Assembly (NCBI GenBank): GCA_963844035.1
Contig: CAWJMT010000004.1
Span: 391,566 to 455,565, forward strand
Length of the DNA stretch: 64,000 nt
DNA from: an uncultured Gemmatimonadales bacterium
GTDB lineage: Bacteria; Gemmatimonadota; Gemmatimonadetes; Gemmatimonadales; GWC2-71-9
Direction of reading: 5' to 3'
Each line of letters begins with the position of its first letter. The first letter of the stretch is position 1. Both the position numbers and the translations under genes were made by a program. The notes beneath the pieces are model-generated. The model was not told the origin of the DNA and did not search any database. It saw only the letters and a list, made by a program, of their open reading frames with translations. Below, one piece after another: positions 18,783 through 30,634 of this stretch.

Positions 18783-20262
18783 CTATGCCCGCCAACTCCG
18801 CGCAGCTCTCTCCACCAGCTTGCACCATCGCCCAGGTGTCGCGCTCGCAGTAGTCGAGCAGGTCCTGCCGCACGCGATCGCGCTCGTGCTGCGGGATCTT
18901 GTCCGCGACAAACAGGAGCCGCGCGATCTCGACGCTCGCGACGCCGGCCGTCCACGATCACGAGATCGTTGTAGGTCAGCTCGGGGACGAGGGGCGTGAG
19001 GATGTCCTTCAAGCTGAAGCTGCCCCTGAAATCGGGGTGGTAGACGCAGTTCTTCACGACCGGGATGCAGGTCGATCAGCTTCGCCTCGAGCGCCGTGAG
19101 CTCGGCGGCGAGGTCGGGCACCGCCCGTTGCAGCTCCCGGATGCGGGTCCTCTCGAATGGCGTGTACGTCGCCACCCGCTCGGCGTTGGCGGTCGCTCGC
19201 ACCATCGCTTCAGCGAGCGGCGGGCGCGCGTCCTTCGGTCCTTCGGCGAGGAACGCCGCGTGAGTGTAGGTGCCGTCGGGCTGACGTTCGTGGTAGCTGA
19301 ACTGAGCGGCGGCCTGCTGCCAGGGGGCCATGCCGGGCCAGACGGGGATCGCACGAGCGATGGTTTCGAAGTCGAGGAAGCCCAGGCGCCCCGCAAATGG
19401 CTCCAGCTCACTTCGCGAGCGTCGGCTCGACGATGACGCGGTTCTCGGCCATCGCCTTGAGCTGGCGTTTCTGCGTGAAGTTGAGCTTCTCCTTCGCCGG
19501 CAACTGGCCGATCGAGGTGATGCCGCGCTCGAGATAGGCCGACGGTCTTTTTCGGTCCCGACGCCGGCGAGGTTCCCGATATGGTCCGGCCCGTCGGGCC
19601 AGCAGCGCTTCAAGAACGGGCAGTCCCGCGGCTCGAAGCAGTGCGCGCCGATCGATACGTCGGGGAGCGGCCCGACGAGCATCGCCCGCTGCGCCGCGAT
19701 CTCGTCCGGAACCGTGGGGAGCAGCGCGACTACCGCCCCGGTCACGTCGGTGCGGGCGAAGAGGTCGCCCGTGTCGGGATGCCGGAACTCCTTGTTGAGG
19801 TGCATCACCTCCGCGCTCGTGACGTTCACGCCGCAGGCCGCGGCGACGCGGGCCTGGATGGCGACGTCCGGGATGTGCTCGTCCTTCTGTGAGGTGGATG
19901 ATTTCACCTCGGTCAGCCGGTAGCCGTCGTCCTGCTTCTCGAGCACGTCGATGGCGACGAACATGCCGTCGGCGATGAACGTCGCTTCGAAGACCGCGGG
20001 GGCGCCCGCATCAAGCGCCTTCTTCGTCGCCGCGACGCGCTCGGCGCCCGCGTTGTGCGGCAGGTCGATCAGCACGCCACCCGGATATCGCGCGCGGGCC
20101 GCTTCGCCCACCTGGCGGCCCTGGTCGAAGAGGTCCTGTAGCACCTTGTCGGGCTGGAGCTCGAGCGGCGTCGGGCTCGTGCACTTCCCACCACAATTTC
20201 TTGTGGCATTGGAGGCCGGAGGTGAAGCGGGATTTGGAGAGGCGGGGGAGGGGCTGGGTCAT
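18783..20262 (-). CDS. DUF2779-type protein: Cas4-like PD-(D/E)XK nuclease plus C-terminal RNase H-like exonuclease domain (several frameshifts)
   Basis: LSKSRF..GLQC.KKLW; IDVL...LTEVKSST; C.....C.....C; FLDFET; GSFSLK; LLDYCERDT. Confidence 0.8.
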
Positions 20263-20873
20263 GGCTCAAAGGTTAGCACCTGGGTGCGACAGGCGACAGG
20301 AGCGCGAGGAGGACATGTTGCGGCAGGACTCGTCGCTGCGGGCCTTGTTCTACCGCACCTGGGGGCTGGCGATCGTCACGGGGCATATCCCGCCCCACCC
20401 CCCCCCGGTGTCGGTCACGATCGATTGGGTGCCGAGGGTGCTGGTGGAACACCGCGATGGATCGAACCAGGACTCTCCTGATCCAGAGCCGAGCCAGCGG
20501 GTTTGTTTGGAGGACACCATGTCCGTAAGTGGTTGCCCGCCAAGCATCGGCGCCCGCGGGCTCGGGGGGCAATGTCCGGATTGGTCCGGAGAAACGCTTA
20601 CGAAACAGTTGTAGAGAGTTCTGGTCGAAAACGACTCTGCCTGAACCGAGGGCTCTCCTATCGCCTGATCAGGAGAGTGATCGCGTTTGCGGTCTTACAA
20701 AGGTTTCTGGCGAGCCTGCTGAACCCACTGTTTGACCTGGGTCAGGAGGGTGCTGACTCCCTTGGGCAATGCAAGCGTCCGTTCAGGTATGCGCTCGCAG
20801 CATTGCGCCTGAGGTTGAAGGTCGTCCGTCGGGGCTCTAGTTGGCCGCTGCAGCCGCTCGTTATGTTTCCACG

Positions 20874-21701
20874 ATGACTCGACTCCGTCCCTCGGATCGA
20901 ATTCGGCTAGTCAGCGATATCGGCAGAGCTGTTCAGGCAGCCATGAAGGTGGCGGATATCCCGGGCTATCTCAGGGCGTTTGGTGTCCAAGCCGACATTA
21001 CGGGACCAGTAAGTAGCAAATGGGTACTCATCCGTGAGCTGCTCGGCGGACGAATCGGAAGAGACTATCCTCGCTATAGCGCGTGACCTGCATGTATCAG
21101 TGCCCGGAGAGGTCGCCCAGGGCGCTCTCGATTTGGCCCGTTTATTGTAGGACCGAGGCATGCAGGTCTGCCAGGAAGACTTTGCGCGCGCCCTTGAGAC
21201 TGTGGAGGCCGATCCGGCCCAGGCGATCGGTCACGCCTGCGCGTCCTTGGAAAGCATCTGCAAGGCCATTCTGGATGCACTCTCGATTCCGTTTCCGAAG
21301 GACCAAACCCTGAAGCCGCTGGTTAGGGCGGTCGCTGATGAACTACAGCTTTCCCCGAAAGACACGCGGATGTCGACCTAAAGCAACTACTAGGGGGTCT
21401 TGCAAATGCCGCCGCGGGTATCGCTGTTATTCGGACCAAGTACAGTACTTTTCACGGCAAGAGCCCAACCCAGCGGCGCCTTGTAGGGCGTCACGCGCGG
21501 CTGGCAGTTAATTCAGCCGCGGCCGTCAGACTATTCTTCGTGGAGACTTATCTGGCACGGTCCAAAGGCACGTCGAAGGATGATTTGGCAGAGATAGAGG
21601 AGCACATTGCTGACGTCGAAGAGATGCAGAACGCGCCATTCACCGAGGAAGGCAGACCTCGCATCCGAAGAATGTTTCGCCCACCACCCCGTCGAGACTA
21701 G
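20874..21701 (+). pseudogene. Abortive-infection family (Abi_C-like HEPN) protein, with two frameshifts and an in-frame TAG at 21148
   Basis: AIGHACASLESICKAIL; RTKYSTFHG (R-x6-H); RHARLAVNSA; GC lower than the core genes. Confidence 0.72.
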
Positions 21702-21774
21702 GATCTCATTTGCGCCGGCCTGAGAAGCGCTCAAGCTGGCGGCGCGGTGTGTTCAAGGTAGAAATCCATTTGTA

Positions 21775-22541
21775 TTACATTTTATTTTATTTTGGATTAT
21801 CTTTTTTACTGCTTTGATGCTGTCATATGTGTCTATTAATAAAAAACCTCCAGGAAATATTTTTATAAATTCTTTAAATGCTAATTCTTCTTCATTAAAG
21901 CTCATAATAAATGAATGCGCCATGGTTCCACTGCTCGGAATCCCAAACTTGTATGATGCTAATGTATTGGAGGTTCCAGCACAGCCAGCTATGAAACTTG
22001 ATCTGCTCGCTAAAAATGCTGCAAGTGGTCCGTGAGCTCTTCTAAAACCAAATTCTATTATTGGAATTCCCGCAGCTGCATTAACTATTCGTGATGCCTT
22101 AGAAGCAATGAGGGTTTGAAAATTTATTATTGATAAAATAAAAGTTTCGACTAGTTGTGCCTCCACTATTGGTGCCTCTATTCGTAGTAACGGTTCATTG
22201 GCAAAAATTATAGATCCCTCAGGTACTGCCCACATATTACCTGTAAACTTTAAATTTAAAAGAAAATCAAAAAATTTATCATCTGTTCTTTTGAAAATAT
22301 CGTTACTTTTTAAAAAGATAATATGTTCAGGTTCAAATTTTAAATTTAAGAGAAATTCTATAACCTGTTTTAATCCTGCTGCAACTAAATATTTTCTATT
22401 CTTTGGAAGTGTTCTTACAAACATTTCAAATGTAGCTAGTTTATCACTTTGACATGCAGAAAAATATGCAGCTGCCATAGTTAGTTCATAAAAGTCAGTA
22501 CTCAAAGAAGCATCATTGTAAAATTGGTCTAATTCAAACAA
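21775..22541 (-). CDS. pncB: Nicotinate phosphoribosyltransferase, 3'-truncated at the junction
   Basis: TDFYELTM, EFGFRRAH, GTSN, GTMAHSF and LIDTYD motifs; ends before the expected RLDSGD motif. Confidence 0.9.
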
Positions 22542-23090
22542 ATTTATTTATACTATTATATGAATAGATTAAACATTAAAATATTTTGATAACAAGAAAT
22601 TCAATTAGTAAGCTTCTCAATTGCTAAAAGAATGAAAAATCTTTATAATAGGATTTGAGGATATGATAATTAATAATTAATTATATCAATTAAAATAATA
22701 CAATAAAATATTAATGTCACTAATCTAAATATAATAAATTCTTGTTCAGTACAACTATTTTACATCATAAATGTTAGTTTGTATATCGGAGGAGATATTC
22801 TGTTATGTTGAATTTAATTTACTAGTTTTGCAATAAAAAATTGTCATTTTATTTTCAAAGATGTATATAATTAGCAATATATTGTACTTACATTGTTGTT
22901 TGACACATCTTCAAGTTAAAAAAATTTTGTAAAATTCACAAATATTCTATTTTTAAATTATTAGTAGTTTCATTAGAATTGATCTGTAATTTGGGAAATG
23001 TTTATTACATGATAACTTCTAAATGATATATGATTTGATCTTAAGGTAAATCCAATCCCTTAAAGAGATTTAGGAATATAAGGTTCATCA

Positions 23091-24066
23091 CTAATCACTA
23101 ATTGTATCTTTCATGATATACTCAATTAGTTCATTAAGATTGGCGCTAGCTATGCAACATACCTTATCTGCTCCTCCATAATACAACAAAATTTTTTTAT
23201 CAATTACAACTGCACCAGTTGGAAAAACCACATTATTAACATCGCCAATTTTCTCGTACTTTTCTACTGGTGCTAAAAGAGGCTGTTTTGTTCTTGCAAT
23301 AACTTGCTTAGGATCTTTAAGGTCTAAAAGTGCCGCCCCAACACTGTAAATTCTATCTATGCTTACACCATGATAAAATAAGAGCCATCCCTTACTTGTT
23401 TTAATTGGTGAGGGGCCTGTCCCAATTTTGAGGTTCTCCCAAGGTTGTTCTGGCTTTAAAAGTATTATAGAATTATTTAAGGCATAGACTGAATTAGTTA
23501 TACTTAAGCATATATCACGTCCTATTGTTTTAAGATTAAGATCAGGTACTAATATCAGGCCTATGTAAAATGAGATAATACGTATTATTATTAGAAGATA
23601 AATTGTAATCTAAATTAAATTTTCCGGGAAAGAATGTTATCCCTTTGTTATAATTAAAATTTTTAGTGATTATACCTAATTTATTAAATTCTTTATAGTC
23701 TTTTGTTACCGCTAAAGCAGAGAAAACTTTAGGATAACTTTTTACATAATCAGAGAGAACTACATATGTAATAAAAATTTTGTCACCAATCTGTGTTGCA
23801 CGTGGATCTTCCATTCCATATATTTCATATTCTTCTGTTGGAAAAATTGCAGGATTGTTACGTCTACTAAAATTAAAACCATCAGTGCTACTGGCATAAC
23901 CTATTCGTGAAATATAAAGATCATATTCTCCAATTGCTCTATATAGCATATGAACATTCCTCCCATCATAAGATGCAGTACAATTAAAGACTGCCTTAGA
24001 TTCCCACGAATTATTTTTATTGGGAGTAAGAATAGGATTCTTTGAATATCTCTTGAATATAGTCAA
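23091..24066 (-). CDS. GH130-like (DUF377) glycosidase/phosphorylase, frameshift ~23545
   Basis: NPIL, AVFN, MLYRA, MEDPR and LHRP; then KIGTGPSPIKT, FYHGV and YYGGAD in the next frame. Confidence 0.85.
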
Positions 24067-24408
24067 ATTCAGCCTAATTGTTATTAGAAGTAGTATTTAA
24101 TTACTGTTAAAAAACTGCATTGATATAATATTCAAAAATGTATATATTTACTACGACATTTTTTCAATGGGGACGGTAAAATAATACTTCTATCTTGTAT
24201 CATTATATACAAATACAATAAATTGTATTCATGTATGTAGATAGCATATTGAAGGCCATTTAAATAACCTAATACTAACCATCAGAATATTCATTACTTT
24301 GTAATTTTTTGAATAATAAATTTGTTTTAAAAATAAATACATATCGTTGTTATTGGAATCAAAAAAAGGATTAAAAAAGGGAGTAATAATTTGTTAATAG
24401 CCAAAAAA

Positions 24409-25059
24409 TTATTCTACATTTATTTGTCTACCTTGGAGTTTTGGTTGTTCTTTCTTTTTGAAGTTTATTTCAAGAATTCCGTTGTTATAATTTGATTTTG
24501 CACTATCTATATCAATATCTTCAGGAACCTCTATTTTTTTGTGATATTTCCTATTGGGATCTTCACTTATAATTTCTACATATTGGTCATAGGCATTAAC
24601 TTTAATCTTGTCTTTACTTATTCCAGGCATCTCTGCAACAATTTTAACTTCGTTATCTGTAGACGAAATATCGATTAATGGTTCTCTTTCTGAAGAAATT
24701 GATGGTTGCTCAAAGGATCCCATTCCACTAATAGGAGATTTTATGTTACCGAATTGTCTTATTTTTGGTTTTCCATCAGGTCCTATGGTCATCGAATATC
24801 CATATACTATTGGACCTACTTGTCTAACTTTTCCACCTTCTGGTGTTTCATATTCCTTAATTAGATCTTTTGGTACTTTATTTTCAATATTCTTAAATTG
24901 TTCTGAAAATGCTCTTTCTGCTTCTTTCCTCATTTCATCAAATTCTCTGAACATGTCGTCAAAGGTCCAACCACCACCAAAACCTTTTCCTTCACGTCTT
25001 ACACGAGTTCCTCCACCACCAAACAAATTTCTGAAGAAATTGTATGGATCTAGAATCAC
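24409..25059 (-). CDS. hsp20: Archaeal small heat shock protein Hsp20
   Basis: GPIVYGYSMTIGPDGKP.IRQFGN, REPLID, AEMPG and YNNGILE motifs. Confidence 0.92.
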   Translation of the reverse strand: MILDPYNFFRNLFGGGGTRVRREGKGFGGGWTFDDMFREFDEMRKEAERAFSEQFKNIENKVPKDLIKEYETPEGGKVRQVGPIVYGYSMTIGPDGKPKIRQFGNIKSPISGMGSFEQPSISSEREPLIDISSTDNEVKIVAEMPGISKDKIKVNAYDQYVEIISEDPNRKYHKKIEVPEDIDIDSAKSNYNNGILEINFKKKEQPKLQGRQINVE

Positions 25060-25160
25060 TTGGAAAGCTCATATTACAAATAACATAACCATATGTTCTA
25101 TATTAGGATGTCGTAATTTTTGACTTTTGAACGTTATTTTTTAAAACATTATTTCAAAAA

Positions 25161-25361
25161 GTCCTGTTAATTTAAGGAAGTAGATTTTGTTTTATTTTTA
25201 ATCTGTTGGTCATTAGATTATTTGAAAGAAATAGGATATCCACTATTATAGTTATGTACTCTTTGTATTTGTATTTTCTTGGCTTGAGTTTAAGAAATAC
25301 ATCTAATGTATTGGAACCTTTCAAGAATCAACGAAGTCATGTTGCTATATGGGATTGGATA
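25161..25361 (+). mobile_element. Truncated IS6-family left end and transposase start
   Basis: YSLYLYFLGLSLRNTS...SHVAIWDWI, homologous to the 27231 and 62774 ORFs. Confidence 0.75.
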
Positions 25362-26084
25362 CGTATGTGTGGTATGTATCCCATTTTGATAATTTCTTGT
25401 TCTCCTTCTTTGGAATGATATGCTTTGTCAAGACATATACTCTGTTTCGTATTCTTATTTCTGTTTGTTGTTGTCGTTAATGATGATGATCTTTCAATAA
25501 TTATGCTGTCAACTGTCAACTGCATCAATTGCAATAGTAACATCATGAGTATTTGCAGATGTTATAACAACAAATAAAGGTATTCCATTTTTAGCTGTAA
25601 GTATATGTCTTTTGGTTCCTTATTTGCCTCTATCAGTTGGATTATTTCCAGTCATCCCCCTAAAGGTGATTTTACAGATATATTATCAAGAGATTGTCAT
25701 GACCATTTGATTCCTCTTCTATGATCGTATATTTTTAATAATCTGGTCCAGATTCTATCTAAAATATCTGATTCTCTTCATTCCTGAAATCTTCTATGAC
25801 ATGTAGAACCAGAACCATACTCTTTGGGTAACATTTTCCATTGACATCCAGTTCTCAAGACATAGATTATTTCGTCTAGTACTTTTCTATATGGAACAAT
25901 GGGACGTCCTATCATATTCTCTGGTTTTTCATCTGGCAAAATATTTTTAATTTCATTTCATGGATCATTGGAATGCGTGTAATTGTTCTAATAACATGTT
26001 TATGATGTTACTTTTGTTCAATTGTAGTAAAAAAAAGAAGATAAAAACAATGAGCTATATTCCTATCTATTTTTGGGATAGGCT
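25362..26084 (-). mobile_element. Degenerate IS5-family transposase remnant
   Basis: VLRTGCQWKMLPKEYGSGSTCHRRFQE, NPTDRGK, GTKRHILT, ANTHD and LDKAY, with stops and frameshifts. Confidence 0.8.
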
Positions 26085-26107
26085 ATTAATACTTATTTTA
26101 ATTTAGT

Positions 26108-26938
26108 TCATATTTCTATATCTTTATAGGTTTCAAATCTCTGATATTTTACTGCCTCTTTTATTATAGTAAATGAAACCTGTTCCGCCATTTTACTTAA
26201 TATGCCCACATCATCTTTATAGTCATCAAAAGAAGAATGATCTTTATTTCCAAGATACACTTCTTTAATTCTAGAACCAGATACTATTGCTTCGATTAGA
26301 AACCAAACGTCTATTCCCCATCCATCAGGAGGACCACTTTTTAACATTTTTTTCCACAGCGAAATATTGGAGCAAACCTCTCCACTTAGTGGTTGTTCAA
26401 TGTGAGATAGTTCAGGAAAGAAAATCCGTAACATAGGTTTTGCGATAAGTTTTGTCACAGCAGCATCCCTTGGATGTCTTTGATAGAATCCTCTTGTCAT
26501 ATCAAATCCTCCGCCTTCCAGCACAGGCTTTGCCAAATCATCCACCCACTCGGGTGTAATATTTTTTATATCAGCATCCAAAAAAAGTATAGCTTTGTAA
26601 GTATTGACAAAGTCATTAGAGTTTGTATTACTATTTATTACTTCAATCAAACCAGTTTTCATAGCTATTCCTTTACCCGGGAACTTTTTCAAAGATTGTT
26701 GAATTACTTTAACTCCTCCCACATTATTTGTAATTTTAACTGTATCATCAGTAGAAAAACCATCAACTAATATAATATCCGGTTTAAAAGAACTTTGTTT
26801 TATATTTAATAAGAGATTTTTAATTGTACTTCCAGAATTTTTGGTACAGACAATAACAGCTAAGTCAGAAGAATTATGTGCCGTGGAATTATTCTTAGGT
26901 TCATTATTATAAGTATTATTATTTGATGAATTGTCCAA
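26108..26938 (-). CDS. Family-2-like glycosyltransferase resembling glucosyl-3-phosphoglycerate synthase
   Basis: VDGFSTD, GKG.AM, FLDADI, VTKLIAKP, QPLSGE and WGIDV motifs. Confidence 0.75.
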   Translation of the reverse strand: MDNSSNNNTYNNEPKNNSTAHNSSDLAVIVCTKNSGSTIKNLLLNIKQSSFKPDIILVDGFSTDDTVKITNNVGGVKVIQQSLKKFPGKGIAMKTGLIEVINSNTNSNDFVNTYKAILFLDADIKNITPEWVDDLAKPVLEGGGFDMTRGFYQRHPRDAAVTKLIAKPMLRIFFPELSHIEQPLSGEVCSNISLWKKMLKSGPPDGWGIDVWFLIEAIVSGSRIKEVYLGNKDHSSFDDYKDDVGILSKMAEQVSFTIIKEAVKYQRFETYKDIEI

Positions 26939-27173
26939 TTTGTCTAAGTTAAGATTAAGTTATATTTAGGTATTGATTCTAATGCTTTGATATAAAATAA
27001 CTATTTTTATAAAATCTAAAATTAAAATAATTGTGAAATATACTAAACATATAGAGCAAGGACTTTCATTTTCTGTTCTCAATTAAAACATTAATAATTA
27101 TATGACCAACTAAAATTATATTTATATTATTATTTGACGGTCTTATAAACTAATTTAAATTTACAATTCTATG

Positions 27174-27898
27174 GGCTGTGTTAAGTTAACGATCTAGATT
27201 TAGCTATGAACATTCTATTTCTAATCTAGTATGCAAATTCGATTTGAAAGAAACAGAACATCCACAATTGTAATTAAGTATTCTTTGTATTTGTACTTCC
27301 TTGGTTTGAGTTTAAGAAATACATCCAAGGCATTAGTCATCTTCAAGGACAATAAAAGAAGTCATGTTTCTGTATGGAACTGGATTCAAAGGTTTGTAGA
27401 ATATCCAATTTACAAACGTAAAAGAATATCTGCATTCATAATAGATGAAACTGTTATTCAAATTGGTAGTCAACATTTCTGGTTATGGTTCTGTATAGAA
27501 CCAATACATAGTTCTGTGCTGGGAATTTACATATCCGAAGAGAGAAATATGCTTGTTGCTGAAAAATTTATTAGATCATTATTGGAAAGTATGGAAGACA
27601 TCCTGTTTATACTGATGGTGGTACATGGTATGATGAAGCATGTAATATACTGAAATTGAAACACTATTTACATTTACCATTAGAAAAAAGTCTAATGAAA
27701 AGGGTCAATCAATATTTCAAAGACAGGATTGAGAATTTTGATGACTACTATCCATGTGTCAAAAATGAATGTAATCTATTTAATGTACATAACTGGATAC
27801 AATTCTTTGTATCTATGTATAATAATACAACTTCCAACAAGAATGCTTTCATTATTCAGTTGCAAGAAGAGGTGAATATATCTTAAGTTAACAGAGCC
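27174..27898 (+). mobile_element. Complete IS6-family element (transposase frameshifted)
   Basis: 16-bp TIRs GGCTGTGTTAAGTTAA / TTAAGTTAACAGAGCC; 8-bp target duplication ATTCTATG; IDET and TDGG..Y motifs. Confidence 0.92.
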
Positions 27899-28196
27899 AT
27901 TCTATGGATACAATTTATTTGAATTTTATATGGACTCTCTTCTCTTCTGTCTAAACACCTATATAACAAAGACAAATAGGCTGTCTGAATGGAGTTTTAG
28001 ATAAAATGTATTGTTTTAAATGAGATTAAGTGTCATACATTTACTAATACTATGAAGTAGATAGAATTAAAATATTTTATATTAATATGTTTATTATCTA
28101 AATAATGGTTACATAATTAAGCAAAACTCATTCTCCATATACTAGTCAACAGATAGTAATACTTAATAGAGAATCTATAATATTGTTAATAATAAT

Positions 28197-28676
28197 TTGA
28201 TTAACATTAACGAAAAAGAGGCCGAAACGATATTAATTGATAAAATTATGACTCCTCTTCCGTTAGTAGTGGCTAATTCTTTCGACACTATTTTCATGAT
28301 ATCCAATTTAATGAAAAACAGAAAAGTAGGTTCAATCATAATTATTAATCACAATGACAAAAACTATCCTATTGGAATAATAACTGAAAGAGATATTGTA
28401 AGAAGAGTAATATCTGATAATAAAGATCCCAAATATACGAAAGCAAATGAAATTATGTCAAAGCCATTAATTACTATTGAGACAAATACTTTTGTATATG
28501 ATGTATCTGTAAAAATGGTAAAAAATAAAATTAGGCGATTGCCTGTAGTTAAAGATAAGACATTGTCTGGAATCGTAACTATAACAGACATAATTAAATA
28601 CTTCCATGAAAAAAATAAAGATGACAATTATCTTTCAAAAGCTATGATCAGATATGGTAAGTACTGGGAAGAATAA
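28197..28676 (+). CDS. CBS-pair domain protein
   Basis: IMT, GIITERDI, IRRLPVV and GIVTITDI motifs. Confidence 0.9.
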   Translation: MININEKEAETILIDKIMTPLPLVVANSFDTIFMISNLMKNRKVGSIIIINHNDKNYPIGIITERDIVRRVISDNKDPKYTKANEIMSKPLITIETNTFVYDVSVKMVKNKIRRLPVVKDKTLSGIVTITDIIKYFHEKNKDDNYLSKAMIRYGKYWEE

Positions 28677-28711
28677 CATAATAAATATAATAATATAAAA
28701 TTTATTATAAA

Positions 28712-29215
28712 TTGATTATATTGATTTGTGGTTTTCCTGGGGTTGGAAAAACAACATTAGCTCATGAACTTGCTCCTTTGATTAATGCTGTAGTTTTGTC
28801 TACAGATAAAATTAGAAAGGAATTTATTGACAAACCGAATTATGGAGAAGAAGAAAAAAGAACAGTTTATAAAATATTCATATTGATAGCTAAATATCTT
28901 CATAAAGCTAGAGTACATTGTATTCTTGATGCTACATTTTATAATCAAAAATCAAGAGAAGATGTTAAAATTAAACTGAACTTAAGAAATGACGAATACA
29001 AAATTATTGAATGCATTTGCCCTGAAGAATTAGTGATTTCCAGACTAACCGATAGAAGAAACGATTATTATTCGGACGCAGATATATCTATTTATCAAAA
29101 AATAAGAAAAATTTATGAACCAATTAAAGCAAGACATATAACTGTAGATACAAGTCAGTGTTTAAAGAAGACTATACCAGAAGTTGTAAATAGATTACAA
29201 AATCATGAATCATGA
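28712..29215 (+). CDS. AAA_33-type P-loop kinase
   Basis: GFPGVGKTT, STDKIRK, ILDATF and SDAD motifs. Confidence 0.85.
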   Translation: MIILICGFPGVGKTTLAHELAPLINAVVLSTDKIRKEFIDKPNYGEEEKRTVYKIFILIAKYLHKARVHCILDATFYNQKSREDVKIKLNLRNDEYKIIECICPEELVISRLTDRRNDYYSDADISIYQKIRKIYEPIKARHITVDTSQCLKKTIPEVVNRLQNHES

Positions 29216-30216
29216 TCAACAAAATATCATCCTTCAATTAAAAAAAAGTACTGCTTATTCTCATTCTGTATATAGAATTAAAGTATTAGAGACTCATGTT
29301 TCATGGATATTACTTACAGGGCCATTCGTCTATAAAATTAAGAAAAAAGTAAAATTTGGTAAAATTCTCGATTTTTCCACACTTGGCTCAAGAAAAAAAT
29401 TCTGTGAAAAGGAATACAAGTTAAACAGACCATTGTGTGGCGATATGTATCAAAGTGTTGTAAAAATTATTCACAAAAATGGTATTATTAGATTTGCTGA
29501 CTTGGAGGAAAAAGGAAAACCTTTAGAATATGCTGTTAAAATGATAGAAATTCCACAAAGGTTTAGGATGGACAATTTACTTAAATCAGGAAGCATAAAT
29601 AAAAAAACAATAAAGTCCTTAGTAGGTATTCTTGTAAAATTTCATAATAATGCTGTAACAAATAACAAAATTTCCAAATTTGCTCTTCCACAACTTTTGA
29701 AAAAAAAATTTGATGAGAATTTCAAAACACTTGCCAAGCTTGGCAAAATTGATCCGATCTTTGAATTTAAATTGAATTCATTTTTAAAAGATAATTACCA
29801 TTTATTTGATCTCTCGTATAAAAGAATCGAAAATCCGTGACATTCACGGAGATCTTTATCTAAAGAATATTTTCATTATTGGGAAAAAGTTTTACTTATA
29901 TGATAGAATAGAATTTAACGATTCTTTAAGATATGCTGATGTCGTAGAAGATGTAGCACATCTAGCAATGGATCTTGATTATCATCAACAAACAGACTTA
30001 CGAGATTATTTCATTTTACAATACATTAAAAAGAGCGAGGACAAAAATATTATCAATCTGGTTTATTTTATGATGTGTTACAAGGCATGTGTTAGAACTA
30101 AGGTATCACTCTTTCGTGCAAGAGAAGCTAATATTAATCCTAAAAAGAGACTTCCTTTTGAAAGAGAAGCAAAAAAACATTTAAGACTAGCAAGAACATA
30201 TTTTGAATTATTTTAA
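29205..30216 (+). CDS. Aminoglycoside phosphotransferase-like kinase (Rv2004c N-terminal type), frameshift ~29810
   Basis: ETHVSW, YKIKK.V....LDFST, E..LNR, DIHGDL, IEFN and Y.D...DVA.LAMDL motifs. Confidence 0.85.
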
Positions 30217-30634
30217 AGTTCCTGAGATGTATAATATTAATATGCAATCCATATTCATATTTTGAACAAGATCTATATTATCGTGGTAACATGTTTATAT
30301 ACAAATAATGGTAACATAATAATAATCAAACATATAATTACCATTACCATTATTAAAAGTCATCTCAAAAGCTTTTTCATATTCAATTTTTTATTTATTT
30401 TATTTACATATTGTGGATTTACAAATAGAGCTTAAAAAGTCATTCCAATTCTTTAACTTCTACTATATAGATACGGTCATTCTTCTAAATAAGTTTAAAA
30501 GTAGAAATAAACAAACAAATAATATAATCCCATTTGGTTGGGCAATTGGCATTTTGAAACAATAATAATATACTTGAATTTACAAATTATATCAGATTAA
30601 AGTTTTTATCATTTTATATTTACTCTATTATTCT

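Noticed and set aside
366..20877. Many long overlapping or antisense ORFs in the ORF track
   Set aside because: Arg/Pro/Gly-rich shadow frames expected at high GC; they overlap well-supported genes.
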